The position numbers and the translations under genes are program-made. 64,000 bases of DNA, taken from positions 1,240,001 through 1,304,000 of the forward strand of contig CAJINV010000020.1 of the NCBI GenBank assembly GCA_905178155.1, given 5' to 3'. The notes beneath the pieces are model-generated. The model saw nothing but the letters and a program-made list of their open reading frames with translations, had not been told where the DNA came from and did no database searches. Source of the DNA: Amoebophrya sp. A120 (lineage: Eukaryota; Protista; Dinoflagellata). This document shows, piece by piece, positions 13,001 to 24,577 of the stretch (its first letter is position 1; each line of letters begins with the position of its first letter).

Positions 13001-15406
13001 GTTCTTCCAATTCGAAGTCCGAATGCAAATCTTCATCATCCAGCCATGGCTCTTCTTCGTCTGGATTGTCCTCGTGTGGTTCCTCCTCGGAAATCCGGCC
13101 CAGAAGTTTGTTGTTCTTTTGCTTTTTCAAGTCCGGCTGAGGAACCAGACTCGTCCGCAGAGAATCGACAACAGGGACTTTTCTTCTGGACCGAAAGGTG
13201 AGCCGCATGTTCCGGATGCCGTTGCTGAATTCGGAGGTTTCGGGCCCTCGCGGACTGGAGTTGTAATTCTGATGAAAGAACCGGTCTTGGTCCGCCTCCG
13301 CTAAGTCAGCACTCGAGGATAATGCGGCTTTGGTCTCATCCACTACTTGGGTTGCAGCAGCCGCGGGAAGCTGCAACACGGTTCCGATGTGCGGATCCGT
13401 GACTAGGATCTGAGTGGCCTCCTTGACAACTTGATCTAATAACGACCGCCGGGCGTGAATCTGCACCGTGACGACAATTTTCTCCGTTCTCAAGTCGTAT
13501 CTCCATTTATCCTTCAGCACCACGTGCGCCACCCCGCGCCACTCTTTACTTAGTCTTTCAATCGCCTTCTCTGCGGAAGCGATGCGGATAAAGTTCTTAG
13601 CCGTGAGGGATTCTCCTCTATTCTGCGCCGCGCGCGTGTTTGGCGTTACGGGAAATTCGTCCGAGGGAGTGCAGATCTCCTCTGGTTTCTGCTCCAACTC
13701 GACCGAGAAATCCAGCGCCACGGCGGTTAACGGCTCCACGGTCAGGATGGTTTCGTGCGCCTTGCCATAAACCTCAAAAAGATGAAACGGGTCGGTCGAT
13801 AGCTCCAGACCGCCCTCCTCCCGCTTGAAGCTGATCGGCTGCGGGGACGGGCCGTGGGACTTGCTGGCTTTTTTCCTGTTTGACGGCGAGGATGCGAAGT
13901 TTTGGCTGTTCGAGGATTTCGTTGGCGACCTGTACCGGGGACGAATGCCCGTAATCACGTCCCCCTGGTTCAGGTGCTGGATCCACGCAGGGCCGAGGCG
14001 CTTTTGCTTTTCACCGTCGGAAGTGGCCGCTAGCCTGCTAGTACTACTTCCACCAACAGCTGCTGTGTGGTCCTTATCCTGCTGCACAATGGCCACATTC
14101 AACCTTTTCACTGCTAACCCCACGGATGTTCGCCACAGGTATTTTCGCATCTGCGCCGCGGGGCGTTTCTTGTTGGGAGACCGGGAGCGGGATCGTGTAC
14201 TAGGGGAAGTAGTAGACACATGATGATCAGTGGCTGCTCTTATTTTGGTGCCGTCAGGATGATGCTCTTCTTCTTCCTCCTCTACCTCCTCCTCGAACCC
14301 TTCAAACAAAATCGATTTCTCGTGCGCCACGCAGGCTGGAACTGCGATGCCGTGGTCAAGACGCGAGGGAGCTCTTCTCGCACGACCCGCAGGTGGAACA
14401 ACTTCTTCTTGTCCACCGGCTTGAAGTAGATTGAGATTCTTACCTTGCGATAATGAACTATCAATCTTCTCGACCTCGTCCCGGATTTGCTGCAAAGAGT
14501 TTTGCAACCGCTTCGTCATTTCCTCGACGAAGGATTCGTGGTACTCTAGAACTGTTTCGTCTTCCTCATCGTCTTCCAACGCCTTCAAGTGCAGCTGAGC
14601 GGCGGTCAGGTTGACAGCTCCCGGTGGACTGCTTGTCTCAAGCGCAACATTCTTATTCAGCGCTCGTACATCTTCTATGTGCAAGTTTTTCACCTGCAGA
14701 CTGGTGTATCCTATCTGCGTGAGCACGTCGCCGACTTCCAGCCCCGTTTTCTCCCTTTCCACTTCGGTGACAAGAAAGCCTTCCCCCGGGACAGCCTCCA
14801 TGTCGATATAACAGTGCACAACTCCCCCTGCCCCTCATTTGTATAGCATGAACGGCAATCGCAATAGAAGCATCAACACCAATGCTGGTTTTGCATGACA
14901 AATTTGCCCTGGAGCATGGTGCTATTTGGGCTACCAGAACTTGTCATGCAAACAGTGCCAAGAGGCAAGCGGTGGCTTGGGTATTTTGCATCACAAATGA
15001 GGAGGAGGGGGAGTTGTGCACTGTCATAGTCGACACCGAGTGTGCAGTCGCGGTCGAGGAGGAGGGAGATTTGCAGGGACTTTTCGTCGTATACTTCGAT
15101 ACTGTTCAACATCTGCTGGGTAGACTCGTTTCCTCTTTCTGGAGCTTGTTGTACTCGAGCACCGTGTTGTGGTGCCACGCCCAGGTCCGCCTCGGCGTAG
15201 TTCCAGAGCTGAAACGGAGAGGGGAGGTCCTGCGTTTGTTCCTGAAGTCCTTGATGTTCGCCTTCATCGTCAACCGAACAACCGGCTACAAGTCCTTCTG
15301 TAGCTCGGCCTGGAGTGATGTCCCCCATGACCCCCGGGGGGAAGGCTGGGAGGAACATTCCCGGATCTTGATAGTACGCACTGTCTCCGCCGGTTGGGGT
15401 GTTCAT
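10086..15406 (-). CDS. PDZ-like domain + AAA_33 / polynucleotide-kinase-like P-loop protein with long low-complexity regions; two introner introns
   Basis: Excising 14807-15028 builds a PDZ-like stretch: TLGVD|MEAVPGEGFLVTEVEREKTGLEVGDVLTQIG. Kinase motifs: Walker A VLVGLPGSGKST, ICQDELKSR, VIIDRTNVDPGQRAHW, RIMQRENH, FEPPDWRNEGFD. Excising 11717-11954 joins FWTV|DAENEKE into ORF 10086..11669. Confidence 0.8.
11717..11954. mobile_element. Introner, family D (238 bp)
   Basis: TIR of about 40 bp: TATGGCATTCTCAAgTGTTACATTCTcAACTGTTaCATGA / TCATGcAACAGTTaAGAATGTAACAgTTGAGAAcGCCATA, with an internal 14-bp tandem duplication. Perfect TSD aactg (11712-11716, 11955-11959). Confidence 0.93.
14807..15028. 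mobile_element. Introner, family E (222 bp)
   Basis: TIR of about 36 bp: TATaACAGTGCACAACTCCCCCTgCcCCTCATTTGT / ACAAATGAGGaGgAGGGGGAGTTGTGCACTGTcATA. Perfect TSD gtcga (14802-14806, 15029-15033). Confidence 0.93.
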
Positions 15407-16268
15407 CTTGTCGGCTGTTTAGGCCACGTTATTTTTTCGATTTAGGATTTTTGTAGTAGGGGGTAGTAAATGATCGCGAATGAGTCATGGTCGACGCAGG
15501 TATTTCTTGATAGGTAAATCTAAATCGAAAAGATCACTTTTTCCACAGGAGATGCATGCCAGTTATAGCACAGGACAGCACTAATAAAGAGATGAATTTC
15601 TAAAAAGCCAAACACTCTTCAGTGTCCTCCCTTTAAAAAATCTCTAAAATAGATCGTGGTCGCTGTCGCCTATAACGTGAAGAATGATCGACAAATGAAT
15701 ACGGACACTTCTCAGTGTGTTAGTCTATGTTTATGTAGCGCTTTATTTCATCCCTATTGCAGGTGGGAAATGCTACTGAAATCCAACGTAGAAACGGTAT
15801 ACAGGTTGCACAGCTGGGTCTGTGTGCGTAAGCTTGAAAATAGTGATCTTGCTACACCAGTAGATCGCGTTGCGTAGTGGATCTGAAGCAGGTACCAAGT
15901 GAGTACAGGCAAAAAAGCAAGATCCTGATCTTCGTTCAAATCTTGTTCCCGCACAGGGAGCTAGTAGAGCAGGTCACTGATGGAAGATCTTCTGTCACAA
16001 TCGTCAAAAAACAAGACGAGTACGAGCTTCTTTGATAGCCTGTCAAGACTTCAAAAAACAAAAACAAAAAGTCCAGAAGATGATGAACACACCACAAACA
16101 AATTAGCAGCGCCACGGTCGCTTTCCTCTCCATGTGGATCCGAAGATGACAATTTGGATATCCTTGTTTGCTTCCTAGCACAGCACATGTTGCAAAATAC
16201 CATTGACTTGAGGTTCTGACGAATGAAAGAAAGCCACCCCGCCCGCTATAAGCGAAAACAACGCTCTT

Positions 16269-17864
16269 TCACCCCAGCATCAAACTCCTCTGCACGAACT
16301 TGTTCGCCTTCTGCTTCCGGTTTGCCTTTTTCCGCACCCGTAACAAAGCCGCGCGGTTGGACTCCGGCGGCAACTCGCCCATGTTTCTCCTGTGGAAGGA
16401 CTGCATCCTTTCGGAGACGGCGGACGTGACCTGCGTGGACCGGAGACTGCTGACGGACTTCTCCGGCACGACAGACTGCTCCACGAAGCGGTTGCGACCG
16501 ATCTTCTTCGGCTTCAAGACGATGCCTGTTTTGGTTTTATGATTATGCTGGAAAAGTTTCAGTATAGATGATCATGACAGGCTGCTCTACTTCTGCCAGT
16601 GATTGCTCACAAGAACTACACCTCAGTTTTTTTTTACGAACAAGGGCCAGAAAGACCTGCGATTCAAACGAAAAGGGAACATTAGTAAACGTAAAAAATC
16701 ACTACCTTTTTCCTCGAGTTTCACGTTTTCTTGTTTCGCGTCCTCGATGAAAGCCTTCTGCTCCTCCTTCGCCTTGTCGTCCTTCACCATTTCGCGCATC
16801 ATGTTCGGAATTTGCCCGATCGATTTTTCCAGCAGTTTCTGCCGCTTCTTGGCGGTCAACTCCAGATCCATATTTTTTACCCGTTCCTCCTTGTTCCGCT
16901 GCGTCTTCGTCTTGCGCTCGTCCCGCTGCAGCTTCTTCTTGTCGCTGTTTGATGGAGTCTTTTTCGTCCCCTTATTTGCCCCGGTTGCAGCAGCTTCCTC
17001 GTCCTCGTTTTCCTCCTCAAGAACCGTATCCATGTCCAATTTGTGGTCTTCCTTCATCAACCTCTTGTACTCCTTCAACTTCTCCAAATCGCTCATCTGC
17101 AGCAATTCCTCCTTCGTATACGCGTCCAGCAACCGCATGGTCATCGGTTTTTTTGCCCGAAGGTCCTTCATCTGCTCCTCTTCGTTCTTCAAATGCTCTT
17201 CCGCGACGATCTCGTCCAGTTTCGTTTCGAAAATCTCTTCACCCGGGTTCATCGACAACCCGTGGTCGGGGAGCACGGTTGCGGGAGCTAGGGAAGTTTT
17301 CTGCCCGAGGGTTTGCGGCTTCGATTTCGGGCGCAGCACCGCTTCGCTGTTCACCTTCCGGAATTTCAGGTTGTTGTTGGTGAGGAGTGGTTTGAGATTT
17401 TTGTCCTTGATCAGCAGCTCCGAGTCCGTTTTCTTCTTGTCCGCATCCTGTTCCAAAGTCGTCGCCCACAGGTCGAAAGCGTGCTTCTCGCCCGCCTTCT
17501 TGTGGTGGAGTTCTAGTTGCTTGCCCTTGTGCGCTGGAATATTTGCAGTTTTGTCGTTGCTCTTCTGCACAGAAGCTTTCTTCTCGTGTTTCAGCCGGTT
17601 CTCCTCGCGTTTCCTCGTCTTTTCAATTTTTGCGAGTTCGTAGTTGGACAATTTACTTAAATTCTTTTGCTTCTTCTCCAAGTCGGTTTTTCTCCGGATT
17701 TTTCTCGGCAAATTCTTCGTACTTCCGACCGTGTCGAGAACGAAGAGTTTTCCGGTCGCGAGCTTCTCCTGAGCGGCTCTCTGCTCGTTTTTCCGCTCCA
17801 GATTCTTCACGGCGTCGCTCACGTCGATCTTGCGAGCCCGGGACTTCGCGTTCTTCTTCACCAT
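16269..17864 (-). CDS. NOP53: Ribosome biogenesis protein NOP53 (GLTSCR2/PICT1 family); GT-AG intron 16526-16705
   Basis: N-terminal RKIDVSD and LFVLDTVG (arch-interacting LFxxD motif); PDHGLSMNP (family pGxSYNP); spliced C-terminus EEKG|IVLKPKKIGRNRF...SSLRS...ERMQSFHRRNMGE. Confidence 0.9.
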
Positions 17865-19412
17865 GATCTTGGTTTTTAGCGAGGTTCTGCAATGAAAAAG
17901 GAAAAGTAGATTATTGAGCTGCTAGTGCTAGGTCGTGCAACGAGTCTTGTGAAGCAATCTTTTCACTACTTGACTCTATGTTGAATAATTGTCGTCCTGA
18001 GAAAACTCGTCGATGCGTCAGCACATTTTAACCATTGGAAAATAACGAAGAGAATTGCAACTGTTCAATCTTCTCATTTCTGACTTTCTCAAACAGGAGA
18101 ACTACTCAGGATCTACTTCATTAAGTAGAAGACCACGCATGATTTCATTGTTGCAACACATCAGAGAGCGGCAAACGAGCTCATTATGGGATCATCTGGC
18201 ATGTACTGTTGATCCTGATTTTTCACTTCCAACACAACTTTTTTGTTCTATAAAGCGATCTTTCATCTCCATTTGTTCGAACTTCAACATCCAATTACAA
18301 TGAAGAGTGTGACCATAGCTATTGATCGAGACAAATCAGAGCGTGTCGTGTTTGTCTTTGCTTTTCAGTTTCTGAAGGCCGGATGTTGATCATGGAGTTG
18401 TTTGATTGTTGATCATATATCCGTTTCACAAAAATGAACAAAAGCAGCAATGGATGCCAGAAGAACACTGGGCGCGCACGAAATCTCGTTCGCCAGGAAA
18501 CGCATGCGTCCACATGTTTTGCTCTTGCTTCTGTTTTTGTCGCCAGGGAACCTGATATCATCGAATCACAGGTTATTTCTGAATCTTAGCTCAGAGGGTA
18601 GGGGTTCGTCGTGTGAATTCGCTCGGAAAAGCAGAGACGTAGCTCTGCTAAAATAGGGTCATCAATCCGCCTTGCCTTGGTTGATGTCGTTGTGGTAGGC
18701 AATACAAGGGGTACTAGGGTGATCCAAATTGAATACTTTTTGTTCGCAAAATGTAACTTGAAGATTTGATTACTGGTTGTCTTGTTGACGGAAGTCAAAA
18801 CTCAACTCTTTTGCAGTTCTGCAATTGTTGACAATGGAGACGATACTCGACAAGTGTGAGTTCGCAGGAACCGAACTACAAGACCGCTTGAAAAAAGTAG
18901 AATGTGAGGGACAAACAGTTTAAAGATGAGACCATGCTGCTCCTTGTGCAGACCTAACTTCTCGACGATTGGTGGAATAAAGTGTCGTAGTCGCTTATTT
19001 TTTGAAATCTCGTTTTATTTTCTGTCTACAGTTTCTGTACGGTACGGGAGAGACACAGGAGTCCACCATGTTGATACAAGCAGCTAGCACACGCCACAGT
19101 AGCTTGCTCTTGTCAACATGATAACTACCGAAGCGACGCACTATTTCTGTTCGTCACCCAAGTACACACATGTTATGAAACACAATGGACTTGAAAATGA
19201 AAAAAATTGCGCACATACCGGGCTCGGATCGTTAAACACATTCTGCCTCATCACATTAAACCTGAGCGCTCTACTTGAAGTCTTACGGTGAATTCACATG
19301 GCTGCCGCGTCTCTACGTACTGCCTATCAAACAATAACAAGCTGAGCTTCTACACAAGAATAAAGGAAGGATCACCTCTACAGTTTCACTTTCGTCATTT
19401 GCTCCGCCTCTG

Positions 19413-22400
19413 TCACCAGTGCCGCGCCCGTTTGGCCGGTGGACTGGCACGCGCGGAGCCCTGGCTCTGCTGTGATTGATTTTGGTTTCGCTCCTCCAAC
19501 AGGTAATTGGTCACACCCTCATCATTGTACTCAAAGAGCACTAACGCCTCATGAATTTGTCTCGTCGTGGGCCATCCTTTCCCGTCATCCAACGTCGACT
19601 GAATTTGGCTGATCTGAGCCTGTTCAGTCTCCGAAAGATTTGCCACCCACGTCTGCTCATCTTCCAAGAGCAAATGGTTTATTGCTGCAACAGAATTACT
19701 TGAAGCAGGGAGCGCTCTACTACTTGCCGAGGAAGACAAAGCTGCGGCGTGGTTTTGATTTTGGTTGAAAATGTTCCCACTCACATTCTGACTTGGCAGG
19801 AGTTGCTCCTCTTTCCGCAACCGAGCATGCGGATTCGCAAGCTCGCCGAAAGCGAAATCGTCAGTAGTTTGCTGCGTATTCCCTGGGTAGCCGAAGGGAC
19901 GATTCGTACTCGATGAAGACAAGCCATGCGACATCACTGGAGAGGCGGCCTTGTACAACAAGCTGCTGCTTCGGAACGGATCGCTTGTGGGCGCGGCACT
20001 CCTCGTTGCACCATCGCCAAAATTCATTTTTCCTGGCTGGTCGCTACTGTCGCTCCTGCCCCGATCACTCGCTGCCGCAAGCTTCATCGGGGGCGGTAGA
20101 GCTGCACCAACAGCGCTTTCTCCTTGCTTATCGGCATCCGAATCCGTTAATCCACAGAAAAAAACCCATCCACATCCATTTTTTGCATGACAAACACAGA
20201 ATTTTATGCATGTTTTGCATGACAAATTCGATGTGGACGGGTGTTTTTTCCTGGATACCGTTGTAAGGATCGTGACTTGCTTGTCCTCCTCGTCCATTTC
20301 CACCTCCGAGTCCGAGAGTAAGTCGATGACCTCCCGCTCATTTTTTACTACTCCAGGCACAACAAGACTGTTCCCTGTACTCGCACGGCGGTTGCTGGCG
20401 CTGATGATGCAAATGTCGTTGTTCCTTTGCTCCTGACTTTCGGTGACCATCATCTGCAATGACTGCGACTGACTTTCGCGCCAATTTTCCAGATCCCGCT
20501 CCTGGGACTCGTTGTCTTCGGTAATGGTGTCCACCGCCCGCTGGAGCTCCCAGTTGTGATCCTCGAGAGACTGTTCTGCATCTTCGGGAGAAATGTCCTG
20601 CTCTTGAAAAATCTCCAGCAGCATCGCGATGTTCTGTTGTTTTTCTTGCTCCCATAGTGCGTGGAATTGGTTCATATTCTTATCCATATCGCCGTCAGTA
20701 GCTGTCAAAGCCGGCTTGTTGTTCGTGCTACTGCTGGATGAAGACGATGACGAAGAGCTGGACGCGCCAGCCGGGCCTGCGAGAATTCCGCCAAATGATG
20801 TGGAGGGCTGCTTGCTCGCAGAAAACGACGTCGTCGAGCTGCCACCGCTTCCTGCGCCAAGAGTAGAAGTCGCACCGGTGGTGGTGTTTTTGTTCAAATC
20901 TAAATTACCAACTTCGATCTCCATGTCGTCAAATGGATTCCAGTTTTCGTCCACCAAATAGCTCTCATCGTCCTTCTTGGTATCGACATCAAATGCGATT
21001 TTGTCTTTGTCTGCTTGATTTATTATCCCCGTGTGCAGCTGTCGATGCCGGTTCGCTTGGTCTAGAGTTGACGTACCTCGCACCGGTGCAGGGGCGCTGA
21101 TGCTCTTTGTCACCACGTCTCCAAACGGTAATGGAAGAGCTGGAACGGAAGACTCCTGTTGCTGCAGAGGAAGTTTCGAGGAAGACGAGGAACTAGCAGA
21201 TGATGTCGCGGGTAGGAACTTCACAGGCTCGCTGACGGCGCGCCCGCCCAAATCCCGCTGGGCTCTCGAGAGCGTCGGGACAGATGGCGGAAGTGGTGCT
21301 GGCAGTCCCCCTCCCCTTTTCTCACGTTTCTGGTCCATATATGCAGAGTATTTCGCAGCGACTTCGTCGTAGAGCTCCTTATCATCGCCCACGAAGTGGT
21401 GCCTGCTGCAAACGCGGACCTTGGCTTTGTTTTTCATCGCCTCGTCCAGCTCAGCCTGAATCTGCAAGCGCGCAGCGGACGTCTTGGCATTGAGTAACCT
21501 CTGCTCTAGCTGCTTGATGTCTCTTTTCTTCACTGTCTGATTCCTGGCTCGCTCCTCGTCCAATTTCTGCTGCGCCAGCGCGCGTTTCTCGGCCGTCTTC
21601 GCGTTGTTTACTTGTTCCTGCAGCTTTTTCTCGGTGAGCTTCCCGCCGATGTTACCCGCCACCGGCTTTCCGTTGTTGGTATTTGGACACCAGACCAGGT
21701 GCTGTAGCCCGGTCCTGACATCACGGACCATCTTCGTGTCGCGTGCTGGCCCGAGTCGGGGGTGGGCGGTGACGGAGTTGTAGCGGAGGTCGTTCAGTAG
21801 GTGTTGCTTGCCCGCGAGTTCCGACACACGTGGGCCAATACCGTACCCCTGGAACTCGGGGAGCACCACCAACCTCTGCTCCTGCATCAAAAACTCCGAC
21901 GCGTTGCCGACTAGTACGGAAGTACACAAGAACCCGGCCGCCGTCTCCTCACGCAGACACTGCAGCAGCGGGTGGGCTTTGCGGGAGGCGACGCGGAGGA
22001 GAAAAAAATGTCCATTGTTGGCCAACTTGCCGGACAGGTAGTGGTGGTTTTTAAATGCGCTGTCCCAGGCGGATTGGCCGACTTCCTTGTTTTCCATCCG
22101 GCGAAGCTCGAACCCAATCTGGACCGGAGAGAAAAGGCCCTCGACGTCCGTGGTGGTGAGGGAGGAAGAAGAAGAGCTGCTGCCGTTGTTGTTTCCTGGC
22201 GCAAATCCACCAGCAGCCGCGGCGCTCATGTTCCCGGCCCGTACCGGCGTCGGCGGGTCCCGCGATTTCATCTGTTGCGGCTCCACCGCTAATATGCTGA
22301 CTTTCCCGGTCAGCGAGTGCAAGGCCCAATTGGGTTTCAATGTGCCCAGGGTATCGGTGAAAAGCCCCGCGACGATGAGCCGCACCTTGCTGTAGCGGTT

Positions 22401-24577
22401 GTCCGTTCGCAGGACCTTCTGCAGGTTGTCCGAAAACTTCGCTGCCGCTATCCTGTCCATGCTGGACGTAAACTCGTCGACGCACACTATGACCTCGCTT
22501 CCTGGTGCCCACGATGCTTTGACGAGAAGCAGTGCTATCTGAACTCGCTGCTGCTCCGTCGTAGAGAGTATGCATTTCAAATATGTCTGGGTGTGGATTT
22601 CTTGTCATGCAAGTTTTCAAGGTGGACAGCGAGTTCTGTGACGCACGAATACAAATCGCCCAGCGCGTTTCCCTTTTTGTCGTGCTGCAAGTCAGTCTGT
22701 CAACATGCGATAGCGATTGACAATCACGAATGAATCTGCATTAAGAATCAACATCGAATAAAATAAACTTGTAATACGCTGATGATTGCTGTGCAAACGG
22801 CTACCCCTACCCTGCAGTGCGGGTATAGGCAACACAAGTTTCCAGACCCAGAAAAATTTGCAATGTATAGATAGCTCGACGTACGTCCTCCCAAGAGTCT
22901 CGGCCGGCAGCTGTGTCAACTTCGGCCCTTCGGGTGCATCACTGTCCGCGAAGAGATCCGAGACGGGTGCAGCTGTTGCTGTGGCAGCACTGCCCTGCAA
23001 TTCCTCCAGGTCCGCCAAGTCCGAGAGAATTACTGGCGCCTCCGGACCTCCTTCCACCTGCGGAATGGCAAGGATTTGGCGCATTGCCGTCGTCTTCCCG
23101 CTGCCCGAGGGCCCGACTATGTAGCCGATTTTTGCGCTGTATGTCGGCTGCCCGGGGGGCTTCGGATCCACTACGCCCGTGAACACGCGATGGCGGGGGT
23201 TCACCATGTGGACCGAGGTCGTGCTTTCGCCATCGAATTCGAAATCGAAGGCATGCGCCGCATCGTACACCTTGTCACTCATAGGAATTCTTCTCGTCAG
23301 CCGCTTATCCAAAAGAGAAAGTCAGCGCGCTAGTGTAGGCGTGATAACAAAACAAAAAATATGCTCTTGCACACCTGCAGCTACTAGCGGATTCATCAAC
23401 TCATGTCCATCATCATCAAATTCATAATCATAGATTACGGCTTGGCAACGAGGACATGATCTAACATGACACCTCCGTGCGTTGCTGTGGTGTGACAGTC
23501 GAATTAGCTGAAGCACAGAACTACACGAGCGTGCTCATCATTTGCGGGGATACTCTTTTTGTAATGTTGCGCCCGGACGTATCAGCTTTCTCCCGAGCTT
23601 CTTCACAAGTCCCTCATCCGCATCGAGGTCATTCGCTTCGTCCGCAGGCTGCTCGCCGGTCCACGCTTTCCTCGTCGCCCAGTATCCCTGTGGGTTGATA
23701 TACCTGTACTCGCGGTCGAAGATCTGCATCCCGGGCGCCGAAAAGGTCAGCACCGGACGGCAAGGTTGATCAGTGGGGCGGCGAATCACCTCACCGGAGT
23801 CCGCAAGGACTACCCACTCTGGCTGCAGGAACGCGACGGCCTCCGGCTTTGTCGTGGCGACCAACACGCCCTGGAGGTTCTGCGTCCGCACCAGTTTCCC
23901 GAACGACGACGCCATGGAGGCCGCGGAGTTGGGCTCGACGACGGCGGCGAAATCGTCGACCACCATGAAGCTCTTGACATCCGCCGCGAGTCGTGCTCTG
24001 CTTTGTTCCCCGTTCGACAACGCGGAGTAGGGTCGACACCAACTCGGTATCTGGGATAGTTATTTTTGTTCGAAGATCAGAAGCATTAGCATATCCATCG
24101 CGGAAGTGCTTTCTTGACGTCTCCACAAAACCACTGCGCATGTCAATGATACTGCTATTGCCATGAAGCAAGCATGAAAACAAAAACGCGCAGTAGCATT
24201 CTCTATTGAAGCAAAAATCATACATAGTCACGATAAACAAGAATCGACATTCGTACCTTATTCAAGCCCACCGATCCCAAGTTGTCCATGGACAATTGGG
24301 GATGGTCTATTATTGCCTTTTCCGCGTTTTCCCTGCGCCCAAACCAGGCTGTTCCACTAGCTGACTCGCCGACGTTCTGCTGCGATTCCACATTCAAGCC
24401 GTTGACCTCCCGTAGATACCTCTTCATCGCGATTAGCTTCCTTGTTTTTCCGCTAGCTGACGGTCCTATCACCACACCGATTGCAAACTGTTTCCGCAAC
24501 ACCGACTTGATGTCTTCGGAGAGTTGCTCGCCAGCGACCAGCGGGCCCGCGGTCATATCCACGTCTAGAGACGTCAT
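19413..24577 (-). CDS. Tandem ABC-ATPase x2 + Mom-like GNAT acetyltransferase with C-terminal CUE, SIM and UBA-like modules; introns 24051-24256 (GT-AG), 23304-23555, about 22567-22872, about 20147-20260
   Basis: ABC1: IGPSASGKT, GLNK|IPSWCRPYSALSNGEQSRARLA, MVVDDF, FLQPEWV. ABC2: FDFEFDG, VGPSGSGKTT, EL|STTEQQR, CVDEFTSSMDR, LKPNW. GNAT: FKNHHYL, RLVVLPEFQGYGIG, SVTAHPRLG. CUE-like NIAMLLEIF...NWELQRAVDTI; SIM-like EVIDLLSDSE; UBA-like IHEALVLFEYNDEGVTNYLLE. Confidence 0.85.
20149..20257. mobile_element. Introner, family C (109 bp); in frame and stop-free
   Basis: AAT...ATA ends (left TAT mutated), perfect TSD ccgtt (20144-20148, 20258-20262), clearly homologous to 2416-2525. Element plus TSD is 114 nt (38 codons). 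Confidence 0.9.
22569..22869. mobile_element. Introner, family B-related (301 bp)
   Basis: TIR tatgcatttcaaatatgTCTGGGTgTGGA / TCCAGACCCAGAaaaatttgcaatgtata. TSD gagag / gatag. Excision restores the ABC signature region VEL|STTEQQR. Confidence 0.88.
23306..23552. mobile_element. Degenerate introner, family F (247 bp)
   Basis: TATCC...AGCGCGCTAGTGTAG / CTACACGAGCGTGCT...GGATA. TSD largely eroded (ccgct / ctctt). GA-AG intron 23304-23555 joins LQK|RLTRR in frame. Confidence 0.75.

Noticed and set aside
16603-17643. Long plus-strand ORFs such as 16603..17643, 5433..6512 and 44431..45132
   Set aside because: Antisense shadows of well-supported minus-strand genes, with no recognisable domains.
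20147-20260. Cys-rich 'zinc finger' (CKTCIKFCVCH) in ORF 19413..22580
   Set aside because: It is the read-through translation of a family C introner, not an ancestral domain.
19413-24577. ABC transporter or bacterial contaminant
   Set aside because: No transmembrane domains; it has four introns, eukaryotic CUE/UBA/SIM modules and the same orientation as flanking eukaryotic genes.
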